From: Microcystis aeruginosa NIES-843
GTDB taxonomy: Bacteria; Cyanobacteriota; Cyanobacteriia; Cyanobacteriales; Microcystaceae
Reading direction: 5' to 3'
NCBI RefSeq assembly: GCF_000010625.1
Contig: NC_010296.1
Location: 2,550,001-2,582,000 of the forward strand
DNA: 32,000 nucleotides
Shown piece by piece: positions 1 through 8,875 of this stretch. The position numbers were made by a program, and so were the translations under genes. Each line of letters begins with the position of its first letter. Within the stretch, counting starts at the first letter, position 1. The notes below the pieces were generated by a model. That model was not told where the DNA came from. It was given only the letters and a program-made list of their open reading frames with translations, and did not search any database.

Positions 1-110
1 AAAATGGGCAATGGGATATTATGATTTACGATCTATCCGGACGGGTATTAGTCAATGAAAATCAGTGATCATTAGATCTCTTGTAAAAATCAAAAATTGT
101 TGTTAGGGTT

Positions 111-170
111 AGGAGTCAGTAGCCAGTAGCCGGTCGTCAGGAGTCAGTAGTCAGTAGCCGGTCGTCAGGA
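111..170. repeat. 2 x 28-bp direct repeat (AGGAGTCAGTAGYCAGTAGCCGGTCGTC) built from 7-nt subunits, preceded by a GTTAGGGTT terminus
   Basis: Units at 111-138 and 139-166 differ at one base. The GGTTAGGAGTCGG...GGTCGTCAGGAG module recurs at about 6812-6832 and, inverted, at about 8352-8372 and 13770-13800. Confidence 0.8.
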
Positions 171-262
171 GAATTAAGAATGAATAATAATCAACTGAAT
201 GGTCTATTTAAGGATTTTGTGCAATTTAATCCTTATTTTTCCCGTTTTTGAACCCTCAAAAA

Positions 263-1360
263 TTATCTTAAACCCATAGCTTTTAGTCGATGTTCTAGAA
301 ATTGTTTTCCCTGTTTTTCCCCGTCAGCAATCAGACGCTGGATATTGGCAGGAGAGCGATCGAGTTTACTTTCGTAGTTGAGACTATTGGCTAATTCCGC
401 CGACATTTCGATCATAGGAATATGGTAATCTTGATCGGGATCTTCCGGGAAAGATTTAGGAATTTTAAATGGTTCTGTTAAGGCGATCTCGCGCAAGAAT
501 TCTTCTTTAAAGGCTCCTTTAAGAAATAATTGATTGAGAAAGTCAATCTGATCGAGACCTTGAAATAGGGAAACATTACCTTCTAATTCATTGCGGCGAT
601 CAGCAATATCATCGGATTGCACGGGGATCTTATCTCTGGAGGTGGGATTAATTTTAATTACCCAAATTTCATCGGGAATATTTTCGACTCCAACAAATTC
701 ACGGCGAATTAAAGAACGGATGGGGGGATTATCGGAGAATAGTCCATCCCAGTAGGCCATAGTTTCAATGGTGACAGCAGGAAAAATGTTAGGAACACAG
801 GCAGAAGCTAGGATATGTTCAATTTTAACTGCTTCCTCGCGCGAGTTAAATTTACTTAATTTTCCGGTCAGGACATTACAGGCCCCCATTAATAAAATTG
901 GTGGTTCTGGTTTAGCTCCCCAAGTGGCTAATTCCGAGAAATCAATATGCGCTCTTAGTAACTGATCAAAGTTGGTAAAGCGACCGCGTAAACCGTAGGT
1001 AGCTAGGGAAAATAAGGTTTTAGTAATTGGAGAGGAAGGACTGAGATTATACTGGGGAATTAATCCTTTGCTGGCTAATTCTAGAGCTTTAATAGCTGAG
1101 TCATTAAATAGCTTTTCTTGGGGAGTTTGAGTGCTATTATCTTCCCAAAAATCAATCATTCTTTTCCAAACGACGCTATCACCTTTTTTGAGAGCATACC
1201 AAGTGAAAAAGGCACAGATAGCACCCCCAGAAGTACCACTGAGACTGACAATATTAAAGTAATCTTGCACTTTATTGTCAAATAATGCTTTTAATGCACC
1301 GGCAGTAAAAGCAGTTTGACTGCCGCCTCCCTGACAAGCGATCGCAATTTTGGCTTTCAT
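263..1360 (-). CDS. Patatin-like phospholipase
   Basis: 365-aa ORF. Gly-rich oxyanion loop ACQGGGSQTAF, nucleophile elbow GTSGG (GxSxG) and catalytic Asp motif YWDGLFSDNPP. Confidence 0.85.
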   Translation of the reverse strand: MKAKIAIACQGGGSQTAFTAGALKALFDNKVQDYFNIVSLSGTSGGAICAFFTWYALKKGDSVVWKRMIDFWEDNSTQTPQEKLFNDSAIKALELASKGLIPQYNLSPSSPITKTLFSLATYGLRGRFTNFDQLLRAHIDFSELATWGAKPEPPILLMGACNVLTGKLSKFNSREEAVKIEHILASACVPNIFPAVTIETMAYWDGLFSDNPPIRSLIRREFVGVENIPDEIWVIKINPTSRDKIPVQSDDIADRRNELEGNVSLFQGLDQIDFLNQLFLKGAFKEEFLREIALTEPFKIPKSFPEDPDQDYHIPMIEMSAELANSLNYESKLDRSPANIQRLIADGEKQGKQFLEHRLKAMGLR

Positions 1361-1396
1361 AAATATCCTTATCTCCTGAATGGCTTCTATCTAAGT

Positions 1397-1523
1397 CCTA
1401 AGTAGGGAGGCACAATTATTTGTAGGATGGGTTAGCGGTAGCGTAAACTATGCGGGCGTTGGGTTTCATGCTTCAACCCAACCTACGTTCATCTTATATT
1501 TAATTCCACCCACCTACTTAGGG
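1397..1523 (+). mobile_element. MITE-like element, family E (CCTAAGTAGG termini)
   Basis: Perfect 10-nt terminal inverted repeats CCTAAGTAGG at 1397-1406 and 1513-1522. No ORF. The core GGATGGGTTAGCGGTAGCGTAA..CGGGCGTTGGG recurs inverted at 12583-12656. Confidence 0.6.
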
Positions 1524-1722
1524 CTTTAATTTAAGGTTAATTGAAAACTTAGAATCGGATGCAAAAATATAGAAATTTTTCTGATTTTCAGAGGAGCTGC
1601 TCGGGAGATTTTGCTATCACTTCTAGAAAAGGATAGGATTTCAAGGGAATTGTCTAGGTAATTAGCTGAAGCCATCAGCCTGCGGCTATATCCAAGCGAT
1701 AATAACTAGAAAAATGGAAAAA

Positions 1723-1757
1723 CTGATAACTGATAACTGATAACTGATAACTGATAG
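1723..1757. repeat. Heptamer tandem array (CTGATAA)x5, STRR-like
   Basis: Five consecutive 7-nt units read directly. The array ends 1 nt before the glgC stop codon (1759-1761). Confidence 0.9.
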
Positions 1758-1758
1758 A

Positions 1759-3048
1759 TTAAATCACTGTCCCGTCGGGAATAGTGGCATTTTTGAAAAT
1801 AACCACGATGCCGCTGCGAACATAGAAACCTAAATCTTCGCGATTAGCTTCTTCCACACGATCTTTGTTAACAATTAAAACATTGGAACCAATGCGAGCA
1901 TTTTTGTCGACAATTGCCCGACGAATAGTCGAACCGGAACCGATACCCACGGGAATTTTGGCATTCCCGATCAGACTTTCCCGTTCGGGGAAAGACTCAT
2001 AAAAGTCGGCTCCCATCAGCATTGTATCCTCGATCGTGCAGTCTTTGCCCACTCGACTACGAATACCTAAAATCGAGTGATGGATGCGACATTCTTTGAG
2101 AATACAACCTTCAGAAATCATCGATTCTGTCACCGTACAATTGAGCATTTTTGTGGGTGGCAGATAGCGAGAACGGGTATAGATGGGGGCTTTTTCATCG
2201 TAGAAACTAAAGGCGGGATTTGGTTGTTGGGTCAAGGCGAGATTCGACTCATAAAAGGCTTCAATCGTCCCGATATCTTCCCAGTAACCCTTAAATAAAT
2301 AAGCCTGAAGATTGTAGTCTTTAGCGGCCGAGGGAATAATTTCCTTACCGAAATCGGTCTGTTCTTTATTGGCATCGAGCAGATCGATTAAAACATTCTT
2401 TTTAAAGACATAAATTCCCATGGAAGCGATGTAGGGACTTTGACGGGCCTGGTCGGGACTTAAGCCTAAAATCGTCGTATCTACCCGCATTCTTTCCAAT
2501 TCTGCCCCTTTGGGTTTCTCATAAAAATCGACAATTCGCCCCGAATCATTAATTTTCATCACCCCAAAAGCGGAGGCGCGACGTTCATCGATGGGAACTA
2601 CCGATAAAGTGATATCGGCGTTGGTTTCCCGATGGCGTTCGATGAACTTGCTGTAGTCCATACGATAGAGATGATCTCCCGAGAGAATCAGATATTCATC
2701 GATATCCCAATCCTTCATCGTCCAGATATACTGTCGTACTGCGTCGGCCGTGCCTTGGAACCATTGAGGATTTTCCATGGTTTGTTGAGCGGCCAAAACT
2801 TCCACGAAACCATCACTAAAACCCGTAAAATTGTAGGTACGATTGAGGTGACGATTGAGGGAAGCGGAATTAAATTGCGTCAACACATAGATTTTATCAA
2901 TCTGGGAGTTAATACAATTGCTGACGGGAATATCGATTAAGCGATATTTTCCCGCTAGGGGGACGGCAGGTTTTGCCCGCAGTTTCGTTAACGGATAAAG
3001 GCGAGTTCCGGCCCCGCCACCCAAAATAATAGCTAATACTTTTTTCAC
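1759..3048 (-). CDS. glgC: Glucose-1-phosphate adenylyltransferase
   Basis: [42 protein letters not shown]-terminal signature and a left-handed beta-helix C-terminus. I place the start at GTG 3048 ([12 protein letters not shown]), giving 429 aa. The ORF-track ATG at 3108 adds 20 atypical residues and would squeeze the divergent promoter region. Confidence 0.93.
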   Translation of the reverse strand: MKKVLAIILGGGAGTRLYPLTKLRAKPAVPLAGKYRLIDIPVSNCINSQIDKIYVLTQFNSASLNRHLNRTYNFTGFSDGFVEVLAAQQTMENPQWFQGTADAVRQYIWTMKDWDIDEYLILSGDHLYRMDYSKFIERHRETNADITLSVVPIDERRASAFGVMKINDSGRIVDFYEKPKGAELERMRVDTTILGLSPDQARQSPYIASMGIYVFKKNVLIDLLDANKEQTDFGKEIIPSAAKDYNLQAYLFKGYWEDIGTIEAFYESNLALTQQPNPAFSFYDEKAPIYTRSRYLPPTKMLNCTVTESMISEGCILKECRIHHSILGIRSRVGKDCTIEDTMLMGADFYESFPERESLIGNAKIPVGIGSGSTIRRAIVDKNARIGSNVLIVNKDRVEEANREDLGFYVRSGIVVIFKNATIPDGTVI

Positions 3049-3197
3049 GCGCGTAACCCTCGCGATTGGCTGTTTCCTTCTCAAAGTAAGTGTAGGATGA
3101 TAGCGCACCTTATTGATAGAGGGGAAACAAAAATCTAGATCTAAAAGTCATCAAGAGGGAATTGATCGGAGTCTTTGCGGATAAATTCGCTAAAATC

Positions 3198-4619
3198 ATG
3201 AATTTTTGGGCTAAATCATTAATATTCACCTTTTTTCTCCCTTTACCGTACCTAATGCCCGCCACGGTGACGGGCGATCGCTGTTCTTGGTTAGCCCAAG
3301 GTTCCGATGTACAGACTTTCGGTAAACAGGGCCAAAGCGGAAAAGCTGGCAAGGTCGGCGGCCAAGGCAAAAATAGTGACAGTTTAACCCTTTTTCTCGA
3401 TGGTTCTCCCCTAAAACTCGATATTTCAGGACAAAAAGGGGTCGATGGTGAAAATGGCAGCAATGGCAGCGATGGCAACTGTAGCGGTCAACCGGGCAAC
3501 GTCACACGAAATCTCCAGGCGGCCGGTGGTGGTAACGGTGGCAATGGGGGTGATGGGGGTGATGGGGGCAATGGCGGCGCTTTAACCCTCTATGCCACTA
3601 ATTTAGATTTTTTAAGACAAGTAACGGTCAATGCGGCCGGAGGCGCTGGGGGTTTTGGGGGTCAGGGAGGCCAGGGGGGCAAGGGTTGTCGCTGTTCCCA
3701 ACCTTTCTGGACAATTCAAACCTGCAGCGGTAGGCCGGGTGATGCCAATTATAGCTGTACCACCAGAGAATTTAGCTGTCAGGATGGTCTGGATGGGGCG
3801 ACGGGTAATAGTGGTCGTAACGGTCGCGAAGGGCGTTTAGGACAGTTAACTTTAATTCAAATCGATCGCCCTTTAACTGCCGATCAACCGAGCGCAACTG
3901 TTCCCCTTTCGGAGTTAAAAGAACGGGGTTATATTCTATCTAAAAATACTTGGGAAACTCGCACCGGGGCAATGTCTTTATTTGCCCCCGGTTCCCTGAT
4001 CGATGATCAATATCGGATTTTATTAGATCGATCGGAACGTTCTTTTATTTTAATTTGGAATGCGCCCCAAGAGTTTAACCGGTTTACTAATCAGCGTTTT
4101 ACTTTAACCCTCGATGATCAAAAGGAAATGAGGGTAACTGTCCCCAGTGAACTCTGGATCGAGGGAACCACTCAAAAACGCAATAATGTTACGGAATTTG
4201 TCGTTTATAATGCTGTTTTTGAACGAGATGTCACCCAATTAGAAGCAAAAGGTATTACAGGAAATGGTACTGATTTAAGGCTTTTTCTCGAAGATAAAGC
4301 TTCCCAATCGAATTTAATCGGCACTAAATTTAAAGTGCGTTATCGCGTCACTCGTTGGCAAGCAGACGACCTGCAAACCAGTCCGAGAACCGATTTTGTC
4401 ACTCGCTATGAAGGAGATATGCCCGCTAATTTAGTCCGACAGGACGGCAATCAATTTATTCTGGATATCGGTCAATTACCCTTACCTGTGGAATCTTTGC
4501 GATCGGGTACGGGGATAGAAATCGAGTTACTTGCTACGCGTTCTTTTGCTGGTTATTCCAAAGAACAAAAACTCGTCATCCGCGACACGATTAAAGGGGC
4601 AAATATCCCACGGAGGTAA
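3198..4619 (+). CDS. Hypothetical secreted or anchored protein with five short Gly-X-Y blocks, a Cys-rich segment and an unassigned C-terminal domain of about 250 aa
   Basis: Long ORF. ATG at 3198 gives the N-terminus MNFWAKSLIFTFFLPLPYLMPA, which is signal-like. The alternative ATG is at 3162. Gly blocks are encoded at about 3321-3850. No family recognised. Confidence 0.75.
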   Translation: MNFWAKSLIFTFFLPLPYLMPATVTGDRCSWLAQGSDVQTFGKQGQSGKAGKVGGQGKNSDSLTLFLDGSPLKLDISGQKGVDGENGSNGSDGNCSGQPGNVTRNLQAAGGGNGGNGGDGGDGGNGGALTLYATNLDFLRQVTVNAAGGAGGFGGQGGQGGKGCRCSQPFWTIQTCSGRPGDANYSCTTREFSCQDGLDGATGNSGRNGREGRLGQLTLIQIDRPLTADQPSATVPLSELKERGYILSKNTWETRTGAMSLFAPGSLIDDQYRILLDRSERSFILIWNAPQEFNRFTNQRFTLTLDDQKEMRVTVPSELWIEGTTQKRNNVTEFVVYNAVFERDVTQLEAKGITGNGTDLRLFLEDKASQSNLIGTKFKVRYRVTRWQADDLQTSPRTDFVTRYEGDMPANLVRQDGNQFILDIGQLPLPVESLRSGTGIEIELLATRSFAGYSKEQKLVIRDTIKGANIPRR

Positions 4620-4682
4620 GTCAAAAAAGCTCCCTTCTCCCTTCTCCAGTGCAGTCTTAACCAGTAATTTAGATAGTCAACT

Positions 4683-4841
4683 TAAGTAGCTGGTTATAAT
4701 TAAATTAAAAATAGATTTTAGGTTCGATCCCCCCTTAGTCCTAGGGTTGATTCATAGTAGGGTTGATTCGTGAATCAACCCTACCCTTAGTCCCCCCTTG
4801 ATAAGGGTGGTGTCTGATAATTTTTAACGCCTACCTACTTA
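4683..4841 (+). mobile_element. MITE-like element, family C (TAAGTAG..GGTTATAATTAAATTAAA ... GGTGTCTGATAATTTTTAACGCCTACCTACTTA), carrying a nested hairpin repeat
   Basis: Same architecture as the copies at 11383, 19682, 21661 and 27301. It contains the palindrome-family sequence AGTAGGGTTGATTCGTGAATCAACCCTAC (about 4757-4785) plus an extra left arm (4741-4756). No ORF. Confidence 0.7.
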
Positions 4842-4920
4842 CCAAAAGGCTTTAAAATATGTTGAGAGGAAGACTGGTTCTTCTCTGGGGTTCACCAGAG
4901 AATGTCCCGATCAGCGATCA

Positions 4921-5949
4921 ATGGCTACCCTCAAGGAGAAAATCAAAGGAAAGATGGGCAATATTTTAAGTGTGGCGCCGATGATGGATTATACCGATCG
5001 CCATTTTCGCTATTTTTGGCGACAAATTAGCCTTCGTCCCCTTCTCTACACGGAAATGATCACGACGATGGCGATCAAACACGGCGATCGCTATAAGTTG
5101 CTGGGGTTCTCCCTAGCAGAAAAACCTCTAGCTTTGCAGTTAGGGGGTGATAATCCCTATCTTTTGGCAGAATGTGCTAAAATAGCCGAAGATATGGGTT
5201 ATGACGAGGTAAATCTCAATGTGGGTTGTCCTAGTTCTCGGGTAAAAGAGGGCAATTTCGGCGCTTGTTTGATGGCTAACCCGGAATTAGTCGCGAGGGG
5301 AATATCGGCAATGAATCAAGCTGTATCGATTCCCGTGACTGTAAAACAGAGAATTGGCATTGATCATCAGGATAGTTACGAAAATATGGCGAATTTTGTC
5401 CGTATTGTTGCGGATGCGGGTTGTCAACGTTTTACCATCCATGCGCGTAAAGCTTGGTTACAGGGATTAAGTCCCAAGGAAAATCGCACCGTTCCCCCTT
5501 TACGTTACGATGATGTTTATCGCCTAAAAAATCAGTTTCCCCATTTGTTTATTGAAATTAATGGCGGTATCATTAATTTAGAACAGGCTAGACAACATTT
5601 ACAATTAGTAGATGCGGTCATGATCGGTCGGGCAGCCTACGATAATCCCTATTTATTTGCCACAGTCGATCGAGATTTTTATGGGGAATCGGTTACTCCT
5701 CCTACCCGGGAAGAAGTAATCAAAAAAATGCTTCCCTACATCGATGAGTGGGTGAGTAAAGGTTATAAATTACACCAGATCAGCAAACATCTTTTACAGC
5801 TTTTTGCCGGTCAGCCCGGAACTAAGGCCTGGAAGCGTTATATTAGTGAAAATAGCCATTTTCCTGGGGCCGATTCCGGGGTAATCTGGCAAGCTTTACA
5901 GCAGGTAAACTCCCTAAATGATCTGGCTAATCTGTCAATTTCCCATTGA
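4921..5949 (+). CDS. dusA: tRNA-dihydrouridine synthase A
   Basis: LSVAPMMDYTDRHFRYF N-terminal signature, NLNVGCPS catalytic Cys motif and TIM-barrel Dus layout. 342 aa. Confidence 0.92.
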   Translation: MATLKEKIKGKMGNILSVAPMMDYTDRHFRYFWRQISLRPLLYTEMITTMAIKHGDRYKLLGFSLAEKPLALQLGGDNPYLLAECAKIAEDMGYDEVNLNVGCPSSRVKEGNFGACLMANPELVARGISAMNQAVSIPVTVKQRIGIDHQDSYENMANFVRIVADAGCQRFTIHARKAWLQGLSPKENRTVPPLRYDDVYRLKNQFPHLFIEINGGIINLEQARQHLQLVDAVMIGRAAYDNPYLFATVDRDFYGESVTPPTREEVIKKMLPYIDEWVSKGYKLHQISKHLLQLFAGQPGTKAWKRYISENSHFPGADSGVIWQALQQVNSLNDLANLSISH

Positions 5950-5964
5950 TTTATTTTCTTTTCT

Positions 5965-6777
5965 ATGATTACCCAATCCTCAATTACTGCCGGGGTAAAA
6001 AATTCAGCTATGGCGGATTTTGTTTATCAACCTCCCCCGGCAGCTATCACAGCTAAACGTATTTTAATTAAACCTAATTTAGGTTATCCTGTGCCACCAC
6101 CAGTAACGGTTAGTCTGCCGGTATTAAGTCAAGTTTTGCGAGGATTGAGAGGGGTAAATCCAGGGGCAGAAATTATCTTGGTAGAGGGAGTATGTTCGGC
6201 TATTTCTTTGAGAGAAATTATCGATATTTTGGGAGTAAAATCTATTCTCGATCCTGGAATAACTATTCTTGATGCTGATAGTTTACCCCAGCAAGAATAT
6301 CCGAATCTTTCCCCTTTTCCTGTCCGTTTTCCCTCGATGTTTGCCCCTACAATTATCGAAGAAGTGGATTGTCGGATCACGATTGGAACCTTAAAACGCA
6401 CCCATTTAAAGGATAAACCCCTGATTTCTGCTTCTTTAAAAAATCTCTATGGACTCTTTCCCCGTAGTCATTATAAAGCCCGTAGTCCCAACTCGCGGGG
6501 GCAATTACATCGCCCCTCCGTACCGCTAATTTTACAGGATGTTTATTTTTGTATCGGTCATCTTTTTGATGGGGCAGTGGTGGACGCTAATCTCAAATAT
6601 TTTAGTAGTAATTGGCGACCGGATCGAGGAAAATCTATTCCTGTCGGTCAGGTGTTTTGGGGTGATGATATGATTAGCGTGGATCGCAGTGCTTGTCTGT
6701 TAGGTGATGAACCGATGCCAAGTTATTTAGATGCGATCGATTTGCTTCGTTCTCAACTTTTAAACGGAACTAATTAG
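5965..6777 (+). CDS. Hypothetical protein, DUF362-like
   Basis: 270-aa ORF starting 15 nt after dusA. The ILIKPNLGYP motif and overall layout resemble DUF362. The family call is from memory only. Confidence 0.7.
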   Translation: MITQSSITAGVKNSAMADFVYQPPPAAITAKRILIKPNLGYPVPPPVTVSLPVLSQVLRGLRGVNPGAEIILVEGVCSAISLREIIDILGVKSILDPGITILDADSLPQQEYPNLSPFPVRFPSMFAPTIIEEVDCRITIGTLKRTHLKDKPLISASLKNLYGLFPRSHYKARSPNSRGQLHRPSVPLILQDVYFCIGHLFDGAVVDANLKYFSSNWRPDRGKSIPVGQVFWGDDMISVDRSACLLGDEPMPSYLDAIDLLRSQLLNGTN

Positions 6778-6850
6778 GGTTTGCTGAAAAAGTTTCTTGG
6801 TGGGGTTAGGAGTCGGTCGCCGGTCGTCAGGAGGGGAAGTCAGAATAAAA
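6774..6850 (+). repeat. Mosaic repeat: TTAGGGTTTGCTGAAAAAG terminus followed by the GGTTAGGAGTCGG..GGTCGTCAGGAG module
   Basis: The terminus is the same as in MITE family A (15310, 17814, 31828). The TAG inside it (6775-6777) is the stop codon of the upstream CDS. Confidence 0.7.
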
Positions 6851-6910
6851 GAATGACCTCGCGCAATCCTGTTTAAAAAATATACAGGAGAGTGGGGATC
6901 ACTGGAGCGG

Positions 6911-7020
6911 GGTAGGGTTGATTCATGAATCAACCCTACCTGGAATCAACCCTACCTGGAATCAACCCTACCTGGAATCAACCCTACCTGGAATCAACCC
7001 TACCTGGAATCAACCCTAGG
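6911..7020. repeat. 30-nt perfect palindrome followed by 5 tandem 16-nt copies of its right arm
   Basis: GGTAGGGTTGATTCA|TGAATCAACCCTACC at 6911-6940, then TGGAATCAACCCTACC x5 at 6941-7020 (the last unit ends GG). The same palindrome family occurs at about 4757-4785 and 21712-21740. Confidence 0.92.
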
Positions 7021-7154
7021 AGCGGGGGAGGGGAACAGTCTATAACTGGGTTTTTACGGAAGCGATCGAGGTAGGGTTTGGCATTCTCCAAGATTACCCC
7101 ATTGTCGAGTGAACTGCTCTTTAGGTTGCCCAAAAACCCCCCTCGGTGAAGATG

Positions 7155-7505
7155 TCAAGCGTCTATCCAGATGCTGCCGTCTTCGATGCGAAGGGGATAA
7201 ACGGGTAAAGCTTGGGGTTGAGAAACTGCCGCCATCGCTTTGTTAACCACAGGGGGCCAGGTAATCCAGTCTTTGACAGCACCACTACAGAGATCAAAAG
7301 AACTACGATGCCAGGGACAAACGATCGCGCCATCCTCGGTAATTTGGCCCTTCGTCATCGATAATTTTAAATGAGGACAACGATTACCGACGGCGTGGAA
7401 TTGACCGTTATTGTTAATCAACAGAATGGAATTTTCCCCCACTTTTACCACTTGACGGGCGCCGGGGGCAAGGGAATCTACAGATAATACTTTTGTCCAA
7501 CTCAT
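7155..7505 (-). CDS. Small soluble Rieske [2Fe-2S] domain protein
   Basis: CPH(x17)CPWH Rieske ligand motif (CPHLKLSM...IVCPWHRSSF). 116 aa. Confidence 0.88.
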   Translation of the reverse strand: MSWTKVLSVDSLAPGARQVVKVGENSILLINNNGQFHAVGNRCPHLKLSMTKGQITEDGAIVCPWHRSSFDLCSGAVKDWITWPPVVNKAMAAVSQPQALPVYPLRIEDGSIWIDA

Positions 7506-7513
7506 ATTTTTAT

Positions 7514-8095
7514 TTAACTAAGGGAGAGATCGAGAATCGTTTCGGGGTAATTTTGGGCAATAATGTCCTGTTTAGCCCATTGTTGGTAATCTTGCAACAA
7601 TTGACTCATTAAACGCTGTTTAATCCGCAATAAAACCCCTTTTAAGAGACTATTACCGGCGATTTCTAACAGCGGACGCGGGGTTAACCATAATGGCGGT
7701 GGTAGGGCGACTTTCACCTCAAGATTGGCTTTTCCCGCTAGATAGGTTTGATTATTTTTTTCCACAGGAGCGAGTTTGCCTTTAACATTGAGGCTAAAGC
7801 GATCGTTGATATAATCAATACCTTTGATCTGACAGTCTTCTGATTGCAAAAATATCGTCCCCTCAGAGGTAGCCCAGACATTGAGAATAACCGTGGGCTG
7901 AAAATAGTACATATTCAAGAAGTTTAGGGGACGCATTTTTAGGCGAAACCGATTCTCGGACAAGTGTTCCGTTAAGTTAGTCTCAACGATAGCCTGTACT
8001 AATCTTTGCGGTTGACGCAGATAATGCTGAATCGGGATGGTTTGTTCAGCAACAACAATTTCTAGGGATTCGGCAGCGGTAAAAGTTACTTCCAT
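7514..8095 (-). CDS. DUF1997 family protein
   Basis: 193-aa ORF. The N-terminal pattern FTAAESLEIVVAEQTIPIQHYLRQPQRLVQAI matches my recollection of the cyanobacterial/plastid DUF1997 family. It ends 8 nt upstream of the Rieske gene start on the same strand. Confidence 0.75.
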   Translation of the reverse strand: MEVTFTAAESLEIVVAEQTIPIQHYLRQPQRLVQAIVETNLTEHLSENRFRLKMRPLNFLNMYYFQPTVILNVWATSEGTIFLQSEDCQIKGIDYINDRFSLNVKGKLAPVEKNNQTYLAGKANLEVKVALPPPLWLTPRPLLEIAGNSLLKGVLLRIKQRLMSQLLQDYQQWAKQDIIAQNYPETILDLSLS

Positions 8096-8274
8096 AAGTT
8101 GGCTATCTTAAATTTGTCTCCCTTCTTAATTTTACTTTACAAAACTTATACTTTTCGACGGTCCAGATGTAGAAATTTTATCGCTAAGAGGGGACACAAA
8201 CCAGATTTTTGCCCAAAGTTAGGCCTTTTTCAGTGATCAGTGGGGGGTTTTAAGTCAACAGTGGGGGAGAAGGG

Positions 8275-8300
8275 GAATTATGAATTATGAATTATGAAGT
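8275..8300. repeat. Heptamer array (GAATTAT)x3 plus a partial unit
   Basis: Read directly. The inverse TTCATAA array lies at 12753-12787. Confidence 0.85.
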
Positions 8301-8825
8301 GGGAAGAATAAATAAAAATAATCTCCTGACTCGGAGAATTCTGTCTCCTGACGACCGACTCCTGAATTCTAACCCAATGGTAGATGTTGGATTTTTGCAG
8401 GAGTTCTATTTTTCGATATAGATAAGTAAAACTTATCTATTGACTCCAAAAACTTGAGAATATTTAAATTAACATTCCGCAATATTTACAAATTCTTAAA
8501 AATTAATTGAGAAAGATTTTTATTTAACAACGATGTTATAATGCTTACAGCGATTTTACTGAATTTCATAATGGGTTATTTTGTGCTTTTTTGGGCAGCA
8601 ATGGTTGAAACCCTTGCCACACCTACAAGGTAATCCTAATTAAGACAGGTAAATTAGTCAATTTCACCGGCAACGATGATCTTTTTTTTGTGTAGTTTTA
8701 TTGCAAAAAAAAAGTTTTTTTGACAAAAAGCACAAAGTGTGATAGTAACCGAACGTATTTCTGGCTGCCAGTAGTTATTGCAGAGTGGGAGTTGGGGAGA
8801 AGGGAAAAGAGAGAAGGGAGTGGGG

Positions 8826-8875
8826 GAATTATGAATTATGAATTGGGGAGGTGGGGAGGTGGGGAAGTGGGAAGT
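8826..8875. repeat. Heptamer arrays (GAATTAT)x2-3 followed by GGGAGGT / GGGAAGT units
   Basis: Read directly. This array explains the spurious ORFs 8720-8917 and the 5' extension of ORF 8851. Confidence 0.85.

Noticed and set aside
1-106. Possible 3' end of a plus-strand gene at the window start, ending ...VKIKNCC*
   Set aside because: The KIKNCC-encoding sequence (89-106) is the same repeat terminus seen at 13797-13817. In that frame a TGA occurs at 56-58, so no ORF continues into it.
3049-3108. Longer ORF-track N-termini (glgC 3108, hisC 15290, ispG 16796, regulators 8851 and 26471, transposase 18762)
   Set aside because: The extensions are non-homologous to the known families or are translated repeats, and they would overlap neighbouring genes or eliminate promoter space. 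Internal ATG/GTG codons at the family-typical N-termini were verified in the sequence.
3110-3478. 122-aa ORF on the minus strand upstream of and overlapping the Gly-rich gene
   Set aside because: It is antisense to the Gly-rich CDS and spans the divergent promoter region. Its Pro/Leu/Ser-rich low-complexity sequence mirrors the Gly codons on the other strand.
4721-4730. tRNA-like T-arm sequence GGTTCGATCC (also at 27339-27348)
   Set aside because: It lies inside family C MITE copies and varies among copies (e.g. GTCTTTGATCC). I could find no acceptor, D or anticodon stems around it.
6911-7020. Possible CRISPR array
   Set aside because: The 16-nt units are directly adjacent with no spacers, there are no cas genes, and the unit is simply one arm of a dispersed palindromic repeat.
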